Notes under the pieces: generated by a model
Database searches by the model: none
What the model saw: only the letters and a program-made list of their open reading frames with translations
What the model was told of the DNA's origin: nothing
In this document: positions 26,586-41,906 of the stretch, one piece after another
Numbering within the stretch: the first letter of the stretch is position 1
How the letters are laid out: each line of letters opens with the position of its first letter
Program-made: the position numbers and the translations under genes
Origin: Eledone cirrhosa
Taxonomy: Eukaryota
DNA length: 64,000 nt
Assembly (NCBI GenBank): GCA_964016885.1
Contig: OZ024749.1
Location: 21,018,001 to 21,082,000, forward strand
Direction: 5' to 3'

Positions 26586-26902
26586 CCGTCATTACTGATA
26601 CAAGATTACAAGATTATGTCAACTGTTGACTTTCAAGAGTTTGTATAGTTGAAGCCGATCGTATTACAGTCCAGTATTACTATAATTGCTTTACAGCATA
26701 GAGTTATGGCTCTCCACGGAGTCAACAAAAGAGAGTACCAGTGATGCGCTGGTCCAGTCGCTGGATCCGTCCCAAAAGCAGAAAAATTATTATTAAAGTT
26801 GTTCTTAAGGCCAGGTCGCTGGTGATGGTGATGGCGGCGGCGGTGGCGGTGGTGGTGGTGGTGGCGGTGGTGGTGGTGGCAGTTGTTGTTGTTGTTGTTG
26901 TG

Positions 26903-26949
<47 letters not shown>

Positions 26950-27872
26950 GTTATTTTGAGGGGGGGGGTTCCTTTTTTTTTTTTTTTCCCTTCCCCTTTT
27001 CTTTTTTCTTTTCCTTTCCTTTTTTTATGTTTTGATGCCGCTGTTGTTGTTGTAATTGTTGTAAATGTTCATTTCAGTTCATTCTGAAGCTGTTGTTGCT
27101 GTAAACATTAGTGCCGGTGTTGTTGTTGTTGTAGATGTTGGGATTGAAATCTGGTTGTTTGACTGAGTGATGTATATACACACATATACATACACACACA
27201 TATATATATATACATTCAACAGAGAGTAGAGAGTTTGACAACAGGTCGATGACTTTAGTCTCGATAGGGTATGGTATGGTAATGACATGTGATGGTGGGG
27301 AGAGAGTGTAGACGTTATTGTGGTGGTGGGGACAGTGAGATGTATCTAGTTCATTTGACCGTTTTCTTCTCTTAGCAGAATTTGAATTCTAGCCATGTTA
27401 TATTGAGATGTAAGTAAATGTAAAATATAAATAAGGATTGCTCTGCTAAAATATACTAAAATATTTGTGTAACTTCCACAAACTTCTGTCGTGACATTCC
27501 CGAGTCCAGTGACCAAAAAATTGTTGTATTTTGATGTTTCAGAATACAAAAATTAATTAAAAACTTACCCCACGAAAAGACAGCGTGTGTTGTCCTATCT
27601 ATAAGCTCCTTCATATATATACATATATATATACATACATATATACATATATATATATACATATATATATACATACATATATACATCTATATATATACAT
27701 ACATATATATATACATACATATATACATACATATATATATATATACATATATATATACATACATATATACTTATATATATACATATATACATATACATAC
27801 ATATATACTTATATATATATATATATATATACATATATACATATATATATACATACATATATACTTATATAT

Positions 27873-27905
<33 letters not shown>

Positions 27906-27924
27906 TATATACTTATATATATAT

Positions 27925-27959
<35 letters not shown>

Positions 27960-27961
27960 AG

Positions 27962-27997
<36 letters not shown>

Positions 27998-28102
27998 TAT
28001 ATGTATATATGTATATATATATATATAAGTATATATGCATATATATATATATACATACATATATACATATACATATATATATATATACACATATATATAT
28101 AT

Positions 28103-28160
<58 letters not shown>

Positions 28161-28163
<3 letters not shown>

Positions 28164-28362
28164 GGAACAAGTAAGACCACCCCGACGGCTGAGCTCAAGC
28201 TGTTTCGACGGCTAATTCTGGACTCAGTCCAGAATTAGCCGTCGAAACGGCTTGAGCTCAGCCGTCGGGGTCTTACTTGTTCCTATTACCCACTCTACTA
28301 CCCTAAGTATTGAGTACTTTGGTGCGTTATGGTCCACCTGGTTCCTTACCACATTTCCTTCG

Positions 28363-28364
<2 letters not shown>
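28161..28364 (+). mobile_element. PLE-type fold-back mini-insertion (family A)
   Basis: Near-perfect palindrome centred at 28225 inside the putative hammerhead stem II loop; ~80-bp unpaired tail ending ccttcgtt(TA)n. Confidence 0.72.
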
Positions 28365-28425
<61 letters not shown>

Positions 28426-28911
28426 TTTACCCTTAATTTTATTCTGAGATAAGATTTTTTCCCTGTATTACACAAAATCTGTGGATAAAATTTCTGTCTT
28501 GACTTTTTTGAATTGAGATTGAATTATTTTCCTATATCTTACGTTAAATATTTTCCATCTTGACGTAATAGTCACTTATATGTGTATACAACAGTACAAA
28601 TAAAAACATATTCGACCATCTTAAAAAACTGGCAACAATGTGATATCTTGTGAGATCTGTATATATTAAAGATATTGAGGCACAATAGAATGATATACTG
28701 TAATGATATCACATTACTGTTGTATATGGTGGCATTGTACACACATGTATATATATATATATATATATATATACATACGTATATATAAAAACCCACATAC
28801 ACATTTATACATACGCATTTATATATATATGTAATTGTGTATATGTACTTATTTTTGCATATATTGCGTTTATATAGATATGTGTGTGCGCGTGTATGTG
28901 TGTTTATATAT

Positions 28912-28956
<45 letters not shown>

Positions 28957-29039
28957 GTATATATAATGAATGATATTGGCGAGATTCTAAGGATGTAGCC
29001 CTCTTAAAAAAACACACTACTTTGACAACAGAAAACCAT

Positions 29040-29238
29040 AATAATAATAATAATAATTGTTTCTACTTTTGGCACAAGGCCAGCAATTAGTCAGTGTATT
29101 ACTGGTACTTTATTTTATCGACCCCGGAAGGATGAAAGGCAAAGTTAACCTCGGCGGGATTTGAACTCAGTCCGTAAAGGGACGTAACTGTGCTGCAAAG
29201 CATGGCGTCCGACCCTCTACCGATACTGCCAATCCACA
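29040..29238 (-). mobile_element. tRNA-head SINE with Meta-like central domain
   Basis: A box tggcagtatcgg, B box gagttcaaatcc, gcctttcatcc..ggggtcgataaaataaagtaccag, (ATT)n tail. Confidence 0.85.
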
Positions 29239-29694
29239 ATGATTTCATTTATTAGCCACAAGGGCCGACATGTGGCTAATAAATGAAATCATTGTTAACT
29301 TTGCCTTTCGTCCTTACGGGGTCGATAAAATAAAGTACCAGTAATACACTGGGATAATTGCTGGCCTTGTGCCAAAAGTAGAAACAATTATTATTATTAT
29401 GGTTTTCTGTTGTCAAAGTAGTGTGTTTTTTTACAACAACAACAACAACAACAACAACGATGGCAACAATGCCAATAAATGAAGAGATATGTATGTCTTG
29501 CTAAATTTATGTCCATTATGGAGAATCCCAAGAAAGAGATTCACATAATAAATAAAGAAAGAAAGAAAAAAGAAAGAAAGAAGAAAAAGAGAAAGAAGGA
29601 GAAGAGAAAGAAGAAAAAAGAAAGAAAAGATTATTTTTTAAGGGAATATATGTGATATTTTCCGTATTATATAGGGGTATAAATTCAATAATTT

Positions 29695-30014
29695 GTGTTT
29701 AGATGTTAAATATTACGATAGTTAACATCTAAATTTACCATCGAAAGAAAATTATATAGATTTTTGTGAACATGATGTGTACACACACACATATATATAT
29801 ATATACACACACATACATATATTTATACACACACACAGACACACACACATATATATATACACAGATACACACACATACAGACATATTTATACACACACAG
29901 ACTCACATATATATACATACACACACATATATATATATACACATACACACACACACACAGATATATATATATATATAGATATATATGTATATATATTTGT
30001 ATACATATATATAC

Positions 30015-30082
<68 letters not shown>

Positions 30083-30308
30083 ATACATATATATATGTAT
30101 ATATATATATATATGTATATATATGTATATATATATTTACATATATATATATATGTTATGTATATCCATGTATATATCCATATTCCTTCTAATGTATGAT
30201 GCATGTATGTATAATGTATTTCTGTTTAGATGTTTAATATTACGATAGTTAAGAACCTAAATTTACCATCGAAATAAAAATATATAGGTTTTTGTGAACA
30301 TAATGTAC
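29695..30308. repeat. ~90-bp direct duplication flanking a microsatellite (29695-29780, 30223-30308)
   Basis: tgtttagatgtt..atattacgatagttaa...tttttgtgaacat occurs twice. Confidence 0.75.
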
Positions 30309-30340
30309 AAATATATATATATATATACATCATGTATCTA

Positions 30341-30402
<62 letters not shown>

Positions 30403-31059
30403 GTATCTATATACACCATATATATATATGATGTATATATAGAGAGAACTTTGTGTACATGATGGCAATTTAATGGGACGGAGAAAAGGATTTAGAAAGT
30501 CTAAGAAAACAATATATATATGTATATGATATGATATTCAGATATTCATCCATCTATCTATGGGCTCTTAACTGTCTGTGGAGTCGCAGGGGCTCCGTCG
30601 TGCGTTTGAAATCTGGTTGAGGCCATCATTTTCCACGCTTGATCACAAATGATTTCTTCCAAAGAGAGAGATGGAGAGAAATGAGGATTACAGAGATCAA
30701 TCTACGGGCCCTTACCTCTTGGTTCAGTCGTAGAGACGCCTCCATGACATAGATCGTGTACTAAAAAATATTTTAAAAATCTGGCAAATACGAATCCTTT
30801 GCTAAGTCTAAATAGTTAATTATTTCTCGAGAGCATGAGAGAGAGAGAGAGGCGTGATAGATAAGAGATAGATAGATAGAGAAAGAGAGAGGGTAAGAGA
30901 GAGGGAGACAGAGAGATAGTGGAGAGAAGAGAGAAAGGGACATAGAGAAAAAGAAGTAACTACAGCACTTGACTGGTTCTTTATTCATGTATCTCGAGAG
31001 GACAAAAGCAAAGTTGACAACAGGTGGGATCCGAACTCAGAGTGCAGAGGGCTGCGATA

Positions 31060-31400
31060 AATACTGAATCTTGGGTAAGGACCGAAAGTATATGATCGTG
31101 AATACAAACGGCCGAAATAGAGTTTCCAAGAAGGGCCTTTGGAGTAACGTACTCGATAGAATGCGAGGCTGGGAATCAGAGAGTCGCTCCAGGTAGAGCC
31201 GCTACTTCTCTGATTTGAGAGTGATACTATGGACATGTGGTTAGAATGTCTCAGGAAAGAATCTCTGGACAGATTTTACTGGCAAAACCAACCGGCGAGT
31301 GATCCAGAGCAAGTTGGTTGGATAATATCCATGAGCTTGATTGGTTCCGATTGGGAGTCCGGCTGGGTCATTTGGATACAGTTGCTACAGAGAGGACCCA
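31060..31400 (+). pseudogene. Rex3/Expander-type RTE 3' fragment
   Basis: IRESLQVEPLLL...YGHVVRMS relic; homologous to 55140-55760. Confidence 0.65.
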
Positions 31401-32849
31401 CTGGGGGAAGTAGTGTTTGAGAACTCTGTCCCCACGACCCTCTCAGAAATAAGTAGGCGAAGAGAAGTACTAATAAGCAGTACTAACACCATCACCAATC
31501 CTCGTCACCCACCACCACCACCGCCGCCGACACCAATGCCACCACCGCCGCCACCATCGTCACCAACACCACCACTGCCATGAATAAATAACGAGAGAAA
31601 TAGACAAAGATAGAAAGAAAGAATGTTGACCTACATAGCAATACATTCTTTCCTTATTTTCTTTCTCTCTTTCTTTCTCTTTCACACACACACACACACT
31701 CTCCCTCTCTCTCATAAACACTCACTCTTTCTCTCTCTCTCACTCTCTTTCTGTCACATATTCATCTATGACCCTAACACACTTTGTTTAACTCCTTTAC
31801 ACATATCTTACACACACACACACACACACATACACTCATACACACACACACAGTCGTATTTTGCCCTAACACTCCTTTCTTAGTCACCTCTCTCTCACAC
31901 TCACACAAACACACATTCACACAAACACACACTCACACAAACACACACACATGTATTCATATTTGGCCCTAACAATCTTTTCTAGCACCCCCTCTCTCTC
32001 TCACACACTCACACATACACACGTACGCACTTTTTTCTTAGCCCTCTCACTAACTTTCTCACACACCCACACAAACCCATACAAACATATACGCACACAT
32101 ACACAAATACACATATAGTCATCTTTGGCCTTAACGCTTTTCTTAGTCCCCTCTCTTTCACTAACACACACATACAAATACACATACACAAACACACACA
32201 CACACGTGTATTTATATTTGGCCGTAACAACCTTTTCTAGCACCCCCTCTCTTTCACAATAACACACACACACACCAACACACACACATATACACCAACA
32301 CACACACACATATATACCAACACACACACATACACCAACACACACATACACCAACAAGCACACATACATACACAAACACACACATACACCAACACACATA
32401 TGTATTCATCTTTGGCCATAATGATCTCTCTCACACATATACACACACATACACACCCACACATACACCCACACACATAAGAATTCCTCTTTGGCCATAA
32501 CAATCTCTCTCTCACACACACACACATATATATTCATCTTCTCACACACATGCATTCCCCACATTTATTCATCTTTGGCCCTAACAATCTCACACACACA
32601 CATATTCATCTTTGGCCCTAACCTGACCCTACCCAGCTAACCTACTCCAACCTGCCTATCCCAACATTCACTCGTTTGTCCTCTTCAGAATTCTTGTCAC
32701 ACACCACCTCCCTCACTCCTTAGCCTCTCTACCGCCGCCTTATCATCTATGTGTGTGGGTCTGTGTGTATGTATGTGTATCTGTGTGTTTGTACATGTAT
32801 GCATATATGTATGTATGTATATATGTGTATGTACGTATGTGTATGTTCT

Positions 32850-33344
32850 TCTGGTTTTATAATTTTATAAATGTTTACCAATACAGAGAGAGTCGGTTTC
32901 TAACAGATACAAGACTCTTCCATTGGAATTTAAACATAAACTAGGTAGATATGTATGCATGTCAGCATGTGTGCGGGTGTGTGTAGATATGGATGTTATT
33001 GTATGTGTGAATGGATGTTTTGAGTTATATGGGTGCATGTGCATATGCTTTGATCTATTTATGTGTACATGCAGTTATTAGATGCAGAATTTGGGGAATG
33101 TTTTACATATTTTTACTGGTCCATTAATGGATTGTACTTGTAATTTCCTAACTAGTCGTGTTCTTACTGTTTCTGTGAAGCCTAGCTTCTCAAGATTTGT
33201 ATTGAGGCAGTTACTAACATACCCCAGGGCCCCAATAACCACAGGCATAAAACTGAAGGTGTAATCAGGGTGGAGTATCTGTAGATTCCTCATTAGTTCT
33301 GCACAGATATTCTTCTCATGAGTTCTGCATAGATATTCTCTCAT
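32850..33344 (-). pseudogene. RLE-type (R4/NeSL-like) non-LTR retrotransposon 3' fragment
   Basis: PVVIGALG...LQ...G..KI.K.F C-terminal motif. Confidence 0.75.
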
Positions 33345-33397
33345 TAGTTGTATGTACGTACGAACGTACGTATGTATGTATGTGAATATATATATAT

Positions 33398-33561
33398 ATG
33401 AAAATGTTTAACCCCGACGGCTAGCCCAGAAATAGCCGTCGAAACGGCTTGAGTTCTGCCGTCGGGGTTAAGCATTTTCATATTACCCACTCTACTACCA
33501 TAAGTATTGAGTACTCTGGTGTGTTATGGTCAATCTGGCTCCTTACCACACTTCCTTCGTT
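33398..33561 (+). mobile_element. PLE-type fold-back mini-insertion (family A variant)
   Basis: Stem gacggcta/tagccgtc followed by GAAAC; the inverted arm joins at gacggc; same tail as 28161. Confidence 0.7.
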
Positions 33562-33781
33562 ATATATATATAACGAAGGAAGTATGTATGTATGTGAATA
33601 TATATATATATATATATAATATATATATATATATATTCACATACATACATACGTACGTTACATATATAATAGTTATGTAATAAACAACATAAGATAATTA
33701 TTTCATTTACCAGTGGTTTCTTGAAAGCAGATATTGTATCTGTTGTATCTGGTACATAGAGCATTTTTTTGACGGAATTAC

Positions 33782-33935
<154 letters not shown>

Positions 33936-34000
33936 AAGATGAGAAAGTATACTAACGAGTATTAAACGGATAGAGCCACCCATTGTAACCAGGGACTATA

Positions 34001-34055
<55 letters not shown>

Positions 34056-34213
34056 CTAAGGCGGGTAAAATTCCCGAGATCCATGGACGAGTTCTCTCCA
34101 GCGGTCTCTGTCCCTCATTATCGCTGCCATATCCTGCATCTCCAACAGACCAGTGTCTGTCCTTAGGGCATCAACATATGTTAACCTTGGTCTTCCTCTT
34201 CTAGTGTGTCCAT
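34056..34213 (-). mobile_element. RTEX-like 3' end fragment
   Basis: Near-identical to 7318-7474. Confidence 0.85.
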
Positions 34214-34559
34214 GTATAGACAGATAGATAGATAGATATATAGGCAGTCCCCGAATCGAATTTTCTATTTTTCTTTTTCTATTTTCTATCATCCATGATA
34301 TGTTTGGGTTCAACATAACCCTGTTAAGTAATTCTGTGGATGTCACCTGATGAGATCGCCATGTTTTACATCATAATTGGATGATGGAGATGGGCCATCA
34401 AAATACTTATAGTGATTTCATGGAATTATAATTTTAAAACACATTTTCCAGTCCAGCCTACTGTTGTTGTATTAATATATCTGTATATATATGTGTGTGT
34501 GTGTGGGGGGGGGGTATGTGTGTGTGTAGTATACATGTATGTGTGTATGTATGTTTTGA

Positions 34560-34832
34560 CTCACAACTTTGATGGTTCTACCGCCACACACTCCACGGTA
34601 CATTTGCAGTGTGTATGGCTTAATTTGCAAGTCAGCAAGTGGATTGACCAGACAGGGTAACATGCATGAAGACACCCCAGCTGGTTTTACCAGGAGACAG
34701 ACAGTTCAAGTGTCACATCTGTGAACGTATCTGCAAAACGGACGCCTGTCTGAAAAGTCACCTGCGTGAACATGATCGTGTTATGTTCAATGAAGGGATG
34801 GCATTCTTCTGACAAGAAGTAGCAATCAGCAT
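34560..34832 (+). mobile_element. RTE-type 3' relic with a C2H2 finger
   Basis: KCHICERICKTDACLKSHLREH, followed by an RTE-like terminal hairpin. Confidence 0.55.
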
Positions 34833-34899
34833 GTATCTATGTACGTTCTGACTTTAATTTTGAGTGGCCACCTCCCCGGTGGTAAGATTGTAAAGAAAA

Positions 34900-35533
34900 T
34901 AAATTGTCATCGTCTCATCCTTTGAATCATAAAAAAATGTTTTTCAAATTTTGAAGGTTCCAGATATCGCGGCCATTTGCAGCTTATGAATTAAGAAACA
35001 ACGTTCTTTCTCCACACATTCAAGCTCAGTTATAATTTGGTCCAGACAGGTTGGTATATAACCTGTTGCTCCAATAAGAACGGGCATGCATCTTGTATAG
35101 TAGATCTGTAAACTCTTCGTCAATTGTCCGTAGATATCCTCCTTCTCTTGTATTTTTCTGATATATACATTGATATCAAGAAGACAGCTGACTTCTACAA
35201 CAGAGCACGTTTTAACCCTTTAACATTTGCATTACTCTATATTTACTATTGTACTTTTGTGGTAAAGGTTTTACCTCACATAATTATCTTACATAATATC
35301 GAATCTATGAGATTTTGATATTATTTATTTTGAGAACAATACTTTAACATCAGTATGAGTGGCTGGTTATGGCCAGTTTGAACAGAAAGAGGTAAGAGAA
35401 TTCTGGCCGGATATGGCCGGTTTAACTGCTATAGGGTTAATGTATGGTCCCAAACAACAATATCAGGCCGGTTGTGTTTAAATTTGTGGCAGTTTTATTT
35501 TTAGGTTCCACCAGTATTCCTTTGAGCTATTAG
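34900..35533 (-). pseudogene. Second RLE-type fragment, split by a piggyBac-like MITE
   Basis: KHNRPDIVVWDH | (K)TCSVVEVSC...EKEDIY..L...PVLIGATG. Confidence 0.7.
35216..35436. mobile_element. piggyBac-like MITE
   Basis: TTAA on both sides; imperfect TIRs ccctttaacattt / aactgctataggg; cleanly interrupts the RLE relic. Confidence 0.8.
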
Positions 35534-36015
35534 TCTCAACATATTCCTCCATATATACAGACTTTCACCTGTTCCGGCCTAGAGTCTGCGGCCATGCTGG
35601 GGTATCCGCATATACAATATGCGTGTGTGTGAATGTAGGTGTCTATGTCTGTGTGTGTGTATTTAAACAATTTGTCCGTGTATATGATGTGTGTATGTAC
35701 GTGTGTGTGTGTATATATACACAATTTGCGTGTATATCTGTGTGTGAGTTTATACAATTTGCGCATGCATCTCTCTCTCTCCCTCTCTCCCTCACCCCCT
35801 CTCTCTGCGTTTATACAATGTGCTCGTGTATATGGTGTGTGGGGGTTTATACAATATGCGTGTGTATCTGTGTGTGTGTGTATATACAATATACATGTGT
35901 ATCTGTGTGTGTGTATGTATGTATGTATGTACATATGTGTATGCGTGTGTAAGTGAGAGAGAGAGAGAGTATGTAAATGTGCTATTTGTGTACTGTATAC
36001 ACACAGGCACACGCA

Positions 36016-36139
<124 letters not shown>

Positions 36140-36746
36140 CAAGTATGTTCGTTTGTTGGTCTGCTTGTGTGCGTTTGTTTCAGTGTGTGTGTATGTGTGT
36201 GTAAATGTGCTATTTGTGATATACATATATGTATATATCATATATACAAGTATGTTCGTTTGTTGGTCTGCTGGTGAGCTGGTCGGCTGGTCAGCCGAAC
36301 GTTCGATCGTCTGCCATTGTTACATTACTAACAATATCAAAATGTTATTGTATCAAAAACAATGGGATGTGGCGGGCTTCATTAAAATAAAAGCTCCTAC
36401 GTCACATAGCTTTTACGTGTTTCAATGGAAAGAATTTATCATTCCATTCTCTTCCATTCTTGTACATATGGAATGCTACACAGAGTCGTCTTCTACAGAA
36501 AAACCACAAACGCTTTATTAAGAGTCTTTCCATTTTTGATGTTTCTTTTGCTGGCAAACACTTCCGAGATATTTCTTTCGCTATGAAATATATTCAGTAG
36601 AGAAAAACATCGATTTTTTTGGCATTTGTAATAGGATAAAAGCTCTCTTGTCAATTTCGAGTGGAACACCAGACGTTCAAAGACAATCCAAAAACAAGCC
36701 ATGTTGCTGTTTGATTTTAAATATTATTGACTTCCGAGGTTATATA

Positions 36747-36806
<60 letters not shown>

Positions 36807-37074
36807 CATGCATAAATACATGCATACACACATACATGCATACATACATACATACATAGATGCATGCAAGCATACATACATATATATATATACATTCATA
36901 CATATATGCATACGTACATACATACATGCATACATACGTACATACATACATACACCCATACACACATACATATGTATATATATAGGTACGTGCATACATA
37001 CATTCATACATATGTACATACATTACAAACATATATATATTTATGCATATTCATAGATACATACATACATACAT

Positions 37075-37512
37075 GATGGCTGCAAACTCTGCTAAGAGAA
37101 TTACAATCGCTTGTCAGATTACAGAAAATGGTACACTTTTAGGCTACAGCCTGGCACACAAACCTATAACATATCCTGAACAAGCAATGCCTGTGCTTTG
37201 AAGGTGTTTTAAGTGAGGAAAGGCCTTGCACTCAACCAATCCCACTCTCTGAGCATCACAGACACTACCCAAAAAGGAGAACTGGTCAACATCATCGGAT
37301 GCCTCCGAAGCAGCAGGTTTTTTTCAGAGTTTCCCTCTCTTATAAAGGTGTTGTGACAACAACTGGGGGCCTTTCACGCCCAGGTGAAAAGAAAAAAAAG
37401 TACTATTTGGATGGCCGTTGGCTCTGCTGAGTTCCTCCGCCCTTTGCCGGGTCTTGTATTTCATCCCGCAGGGTGTCCAAATATCACCCTCCCCACCAAG
37501 AGTGACCTGACT
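37075..37512 (-). mobile_element. RTE-derived non-autonomous element (subfamily 2); second copy 40590-41048
   Basis: Shares the gcaatgcctgtg / aatcccactctct / cagagttt blocks with subfamily 1 and the RTE 5'UTR. Confidence 0.75.
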
Positions 37513-37517
37513 TACAT

Positions 37518-37663
<146 letters not shown>

Positions 37664-37670
37664 TGGTTGT

Positions 37671-37845
37671 TTTTATTTTAGGCACAAGGTTAGCAATGTT
37701 TGAAAAGAAAAGGAGATTATACCGGCCCGAGTACCTTACTGGTACTTTATTATATCGAACCCGGTTGAATAAAAGGCAAAGCTGACCTCGGCGGGATCTG
37801 AACTCAGAACGTAAAGAGCCGTAAATAAACACCGCAAGTAGAGTG
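37671..37845 (-). mobile_element. Diverged tRNA-SINE copy; other minus-strand fragments at 39592-39710 and 43650-43760
   Basis: ggtactttat..tatcgac...gaaaggcaaag..acctcggcggga.ttgaactcag. Confidence 0.75.
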
Positions 37846-38547
37846 TACAGGAATTGAAGGTACAATTCCTCACGGTTAATCCTATATCCTCTCCTAATTT
37901 CCATACATCCATACACCACCCCTCCTTACTTCCATATATCCCTTCCTTGCTTCCATACATCCCTTCCATACATAAACCACTTCTTCACTTCCATACATCC
38001 ATACACCACACATTATTCAATTCCAAACACACCAATCCTTACTTCCATGCACACGCAACCACACAAATTCAAACAATAAGCCTCAAAACAACAATCCAAA
38101 CTAGAAATGAAGCTTATAAATAAGCATGTTTCTGATAATCAACGCAGCCAGATGAAGCAACATGGCTGAAACTGCAAAGTCGCCGCCATTTGTTACTTTA
38201 GAAATTAAATTTTACATTCTGCTTACACCTATTTTAATTGCTCAATTAGTGATTGTTTGAATATTTTATAACCCTCTTCAGGACATATATATATATACAT
38301 ACGTGCATACATAAATATATTTATCTACATATATACAATAGATACGTACATACATATACACACACACAGACACATATGTATGTGTATGTGTGTGTGTGTG
38401 TACTTGTGTGTGTGTGTACTTGTGTGTGTGGGTGGGTGTTTGAATAAATATGTATATATCTTTACGTCTCTCTGTAACCCTTTCTTTCTCTTCCCCCTCT
38501 CTCTCTCTGTCTCTCTCTCTCACTCTCTCTCTCTCTCTATATATATA

Positions 38548-38618
<71 letters not shown>

Positions 38619-38812
38619 AGAGAGGGAGAGAGAAAGAAATTCAGATATACGAACATACACACATATAGAAACCCACACACACATATAGATACCATATACG
38701 CGTAAGGACCGTTACATGCGCACACATATATTAACAGATAACAATACATATGTAAATATGAGCGTTCACACATACAGACATATATACATACATATATATA
38801 TATAAATACATA

Positions 38813-39357
38813 TGGTGGCTGCCAACTCGTTTTCGAGTACGGCCACTACTTTATATCCATGTAGGAGAACCCCTACCGATGCGCTGAACGAGTGTGACTT
38901 TTTAGTCCAGCCAGCGACTTGAAAACTCTGGTACAAACACTACACTTGTGACAATTATTGAGACATAGTGCTGGGCCCATGGTACCATGTGAGGACAAGT
39001 GCAGAGAGATCTCCAGATATAAAGCAATGCCTGTGCCGTGAAGCTTTTATAGTGAGCAAAGGCACTGCACAAAGCCAGTCCCACTCTCTTAACCAAGATG
39101 ATATTTACCAAAAAGAAGAACAAGTCAACATCATTGGATACCATCAGGGTTGCAGGTGTTATATCAGAGTTTTCCTTCTCCTAGAATTCTGCCTTGACAA
39201 AGGCTAAGGGGTCATCCCGGTGATTTTGGATGGCCATTGACTCTTAAGAGCTCCTTTGCCCTTTGACAGGTTTTGTTTTTAGTCCTGCAGGATGTCCAAA
39301 GTCACCCTCCTCACCAAGAAACCTTGGTGGGGTTGCCAGTTTAGTCGCCAACGACCT
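38813..39357 (-). mobile_element. RTE-derived non-autonomous element (subfamily 1)
   Basis: Near-identical reverse complement of 53943-54490. Confidence 0.85.
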
Positions 39358-39790
39358 ATCTATGTATATGTATATACATACATATACATACATACATACT
39401 TGCATACATACATACCTGCATACACAAATACATACATACTTAGATAGGTAGCATAGATAGGTATGCATACATACATACGTGCATACATTCATACATACGT
39501 GCATACATTCATACATACATTGCCCTATACGTCCATATTTTCGCTGCAGTGTTTTCTATACCTTTCATTTATATATATATATATATATATATAATTGTTT
39601 CTACTTTTGGCACAAGGCCAGCAATTACCCAGTGTATTACTGGTACTTTATTTTATCGACTCCGTAAGGATGAAAGGCAAAGTTAACCTCGGCGGGATTT
39701 GAACTCAGAATGGCAATGAATACTAAACATATTTCAATCATGCACACACACAACAAACAAACACACACACATATATGTATATATATCTAA

Positions 39791-39891
<101 letters not shown>

Positions 39892-40274
39892 CTCACATAT
39901 CACTAAAGTATTAGTGCTTAGCATTCTTTATGGTGATAGGAAGCAGCTGGTTTTTTGGTCCATGGAGGCTAGTTATTAAGTGGGAGGAGGGGGGGGGACA
40001 GAGGGACAGGAACGGCAACTGAGAAACTATAAAAATCACGAATGGCGGTCATCTTGAAAACAGAAGAAAAATATAAAAAAAACATTGAAATATCGTAAAG
40101 ATGATAAAAACATATTAGGTATGATGATGATGATGGTGGTGGTGGTGGTGGTGGTGGTAGTGGTGGTGATGATGGTGGTGGTGGTGGTGGTAGTGGTGAT
40201 GGTGGTGATGGTGGTGGTAAGCTGATAAATATTTATATACTCAAATATATGCGTATATACATACATATATACAT

Positions 40275-40580
40275 GATGATGGCTTCCTCCTCGTTATCGA
40301 GTATGACCATTGCACGATATAACATTAATAATTATCAATTAAGCTATCGTTCAATGCCTGTGCGTGAAGATTTTTTTAAAGTGAGGAAAGACTGTACACT
40401 GAGCCAATCCCACTCTCTAAGCGACAGTAGCTATAACCAGTAAAGAAGAAAAGATCAACATCATCGGTAACTATTGAGCCGCAGGTTTTATGTCGGAGTT
40501 ATCCCAGTTTCCTGATTTGCCTTCTCCTAAAAGAATGCCCTGACAAAGGTTAGGCGACTTTTACTCCCAGTGGTTTAACA
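40275..40580 (-). mobile_element. Internally deleted derivative of the 16.4-26.4 kb RTE
   Basis: 40275-40315 matches the RTE 3' end (16438-16478); 40325-40580 matches 26100-26355. Confidence 0.85.
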
Positions 40581-41119
40581 TACATACATGATGGCTGCAA
40601 TTGCTTGGAGGATTATAGAGTTTGGTGCACTTCTAGGCTACGGCCAGTCACACAAACCTATAACATATCCTGAACAAGCAATGCCTGTGCTTTGAATGTT
40701 TTTTAAGTAGGGAAAGGCCTTGCACTCGACCAATCCCACTCTCTGAGCATCGAAAACACTACCCAAAAAGGAGAACAGGTCGACATCATCGGATGTTTTC
40801 GAAGCCGCACGTTTTTTTTTCAGAGTTTCCCTCTCTTAGAAAGGTGTTGTCCAACAACTGGGGGCTTTTCACTCCCAGGTGAAAAAAAAAGTACTATTTG
40901 GATGGCCGTTGGCTCTGTTGAGTTCCTTCGCCCTTTGCCGGGTTTTGTATTTCATCCTGCAGGGTGTCCAAATATCACGACGACCCGACCATGAGACAGG
41001 TTTTACTGGGTTACATGTTACCAGTAGCACTTGAGAGCGACCTGGCATCCATACATCCATACATACACACACATATGAGCGTTTTAGACGACCCTATATA
41101 TATACATATATATATATAT

Positions 41120-41330
41120 ATATTCCTTCCCCATCCCAAATGGCTGACTTAATACACATGTTCCTTCTTCTTCTCATTCTTTTTCTATTTCATCTTTTAT
41201 TCCTCATTCTATTTTCTGATGAAGTGCGAAACGTAACACGGTTTTTCTGTTATATCAAGTGTAAAACTAATATATTTCTTGATTCTACTGCGATGTTTGC
41301 TTTGTTGTTTACGTTTGCTTTTTCCATATA
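41120..41330 (+). mobile_element. PLE 3' fragment with collapsed hammerhead; same family as 42388-42790 (-)
   Basis: cattctattttCTGATGAagtgcGAAACGT; upstream sequence matches the reverse complement of 42610-42650. Confidence 0.55.
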
Positions 41331-41362
41331 TGTATATTTATCACTCTCTCTCTCATATATAT

Positions 41363-41471
<109 letters not shown>

Positions 41472-41593
41472 CATATATATATACAGTATTTTCCGTTGTG
41501 TTGTAATATAAATATTACACACAGTAGATTATCAGCTCACGTAGAGTTTGCTCGACGGTTCCAGTTGTAGTTCCAAAAGTAATCCGGAGAAAA

Positions 41594-41906
41594 ATAGAAA
41601 GATTTGAATGGATACAGTTTAGTTGAAAGGAATTTATTGACACGTGTTTCTATAACAGTTACATAACCTAAAACAGCTGCTATCTACAAACTTTTAGTTA
41701 TGCAGACATTCAATATTTCAATGTTATTATTTACTGTCATTTCATCAGAAATTCTGATGAAATGACAGTAAATAATAACATTGAAATATTGAATGTCTGC
41801 ATAACTAAAAGTTTGTAGATAGCAGCTGTTTTAGGTTATGTAACTGTTATAGAAACACGTGTCAATAAATTCCTTTCAACTAAACTGTATCCATTCAAAT
41901 CTTTCT

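Noticed and set aside
26640-26900. Open frames with His/Pro/Thr runs on the minus strand
   Set aside because: Driven by (GGT)n/(GTT)n repeats; no start, splice or domain support.
30560-30750. Possible minus-strand exon pair (GAG|GTAAG donor, pyrimidine tract, AG)
   Set aside because: The spliced frame stops after ~20 codons; no further support.
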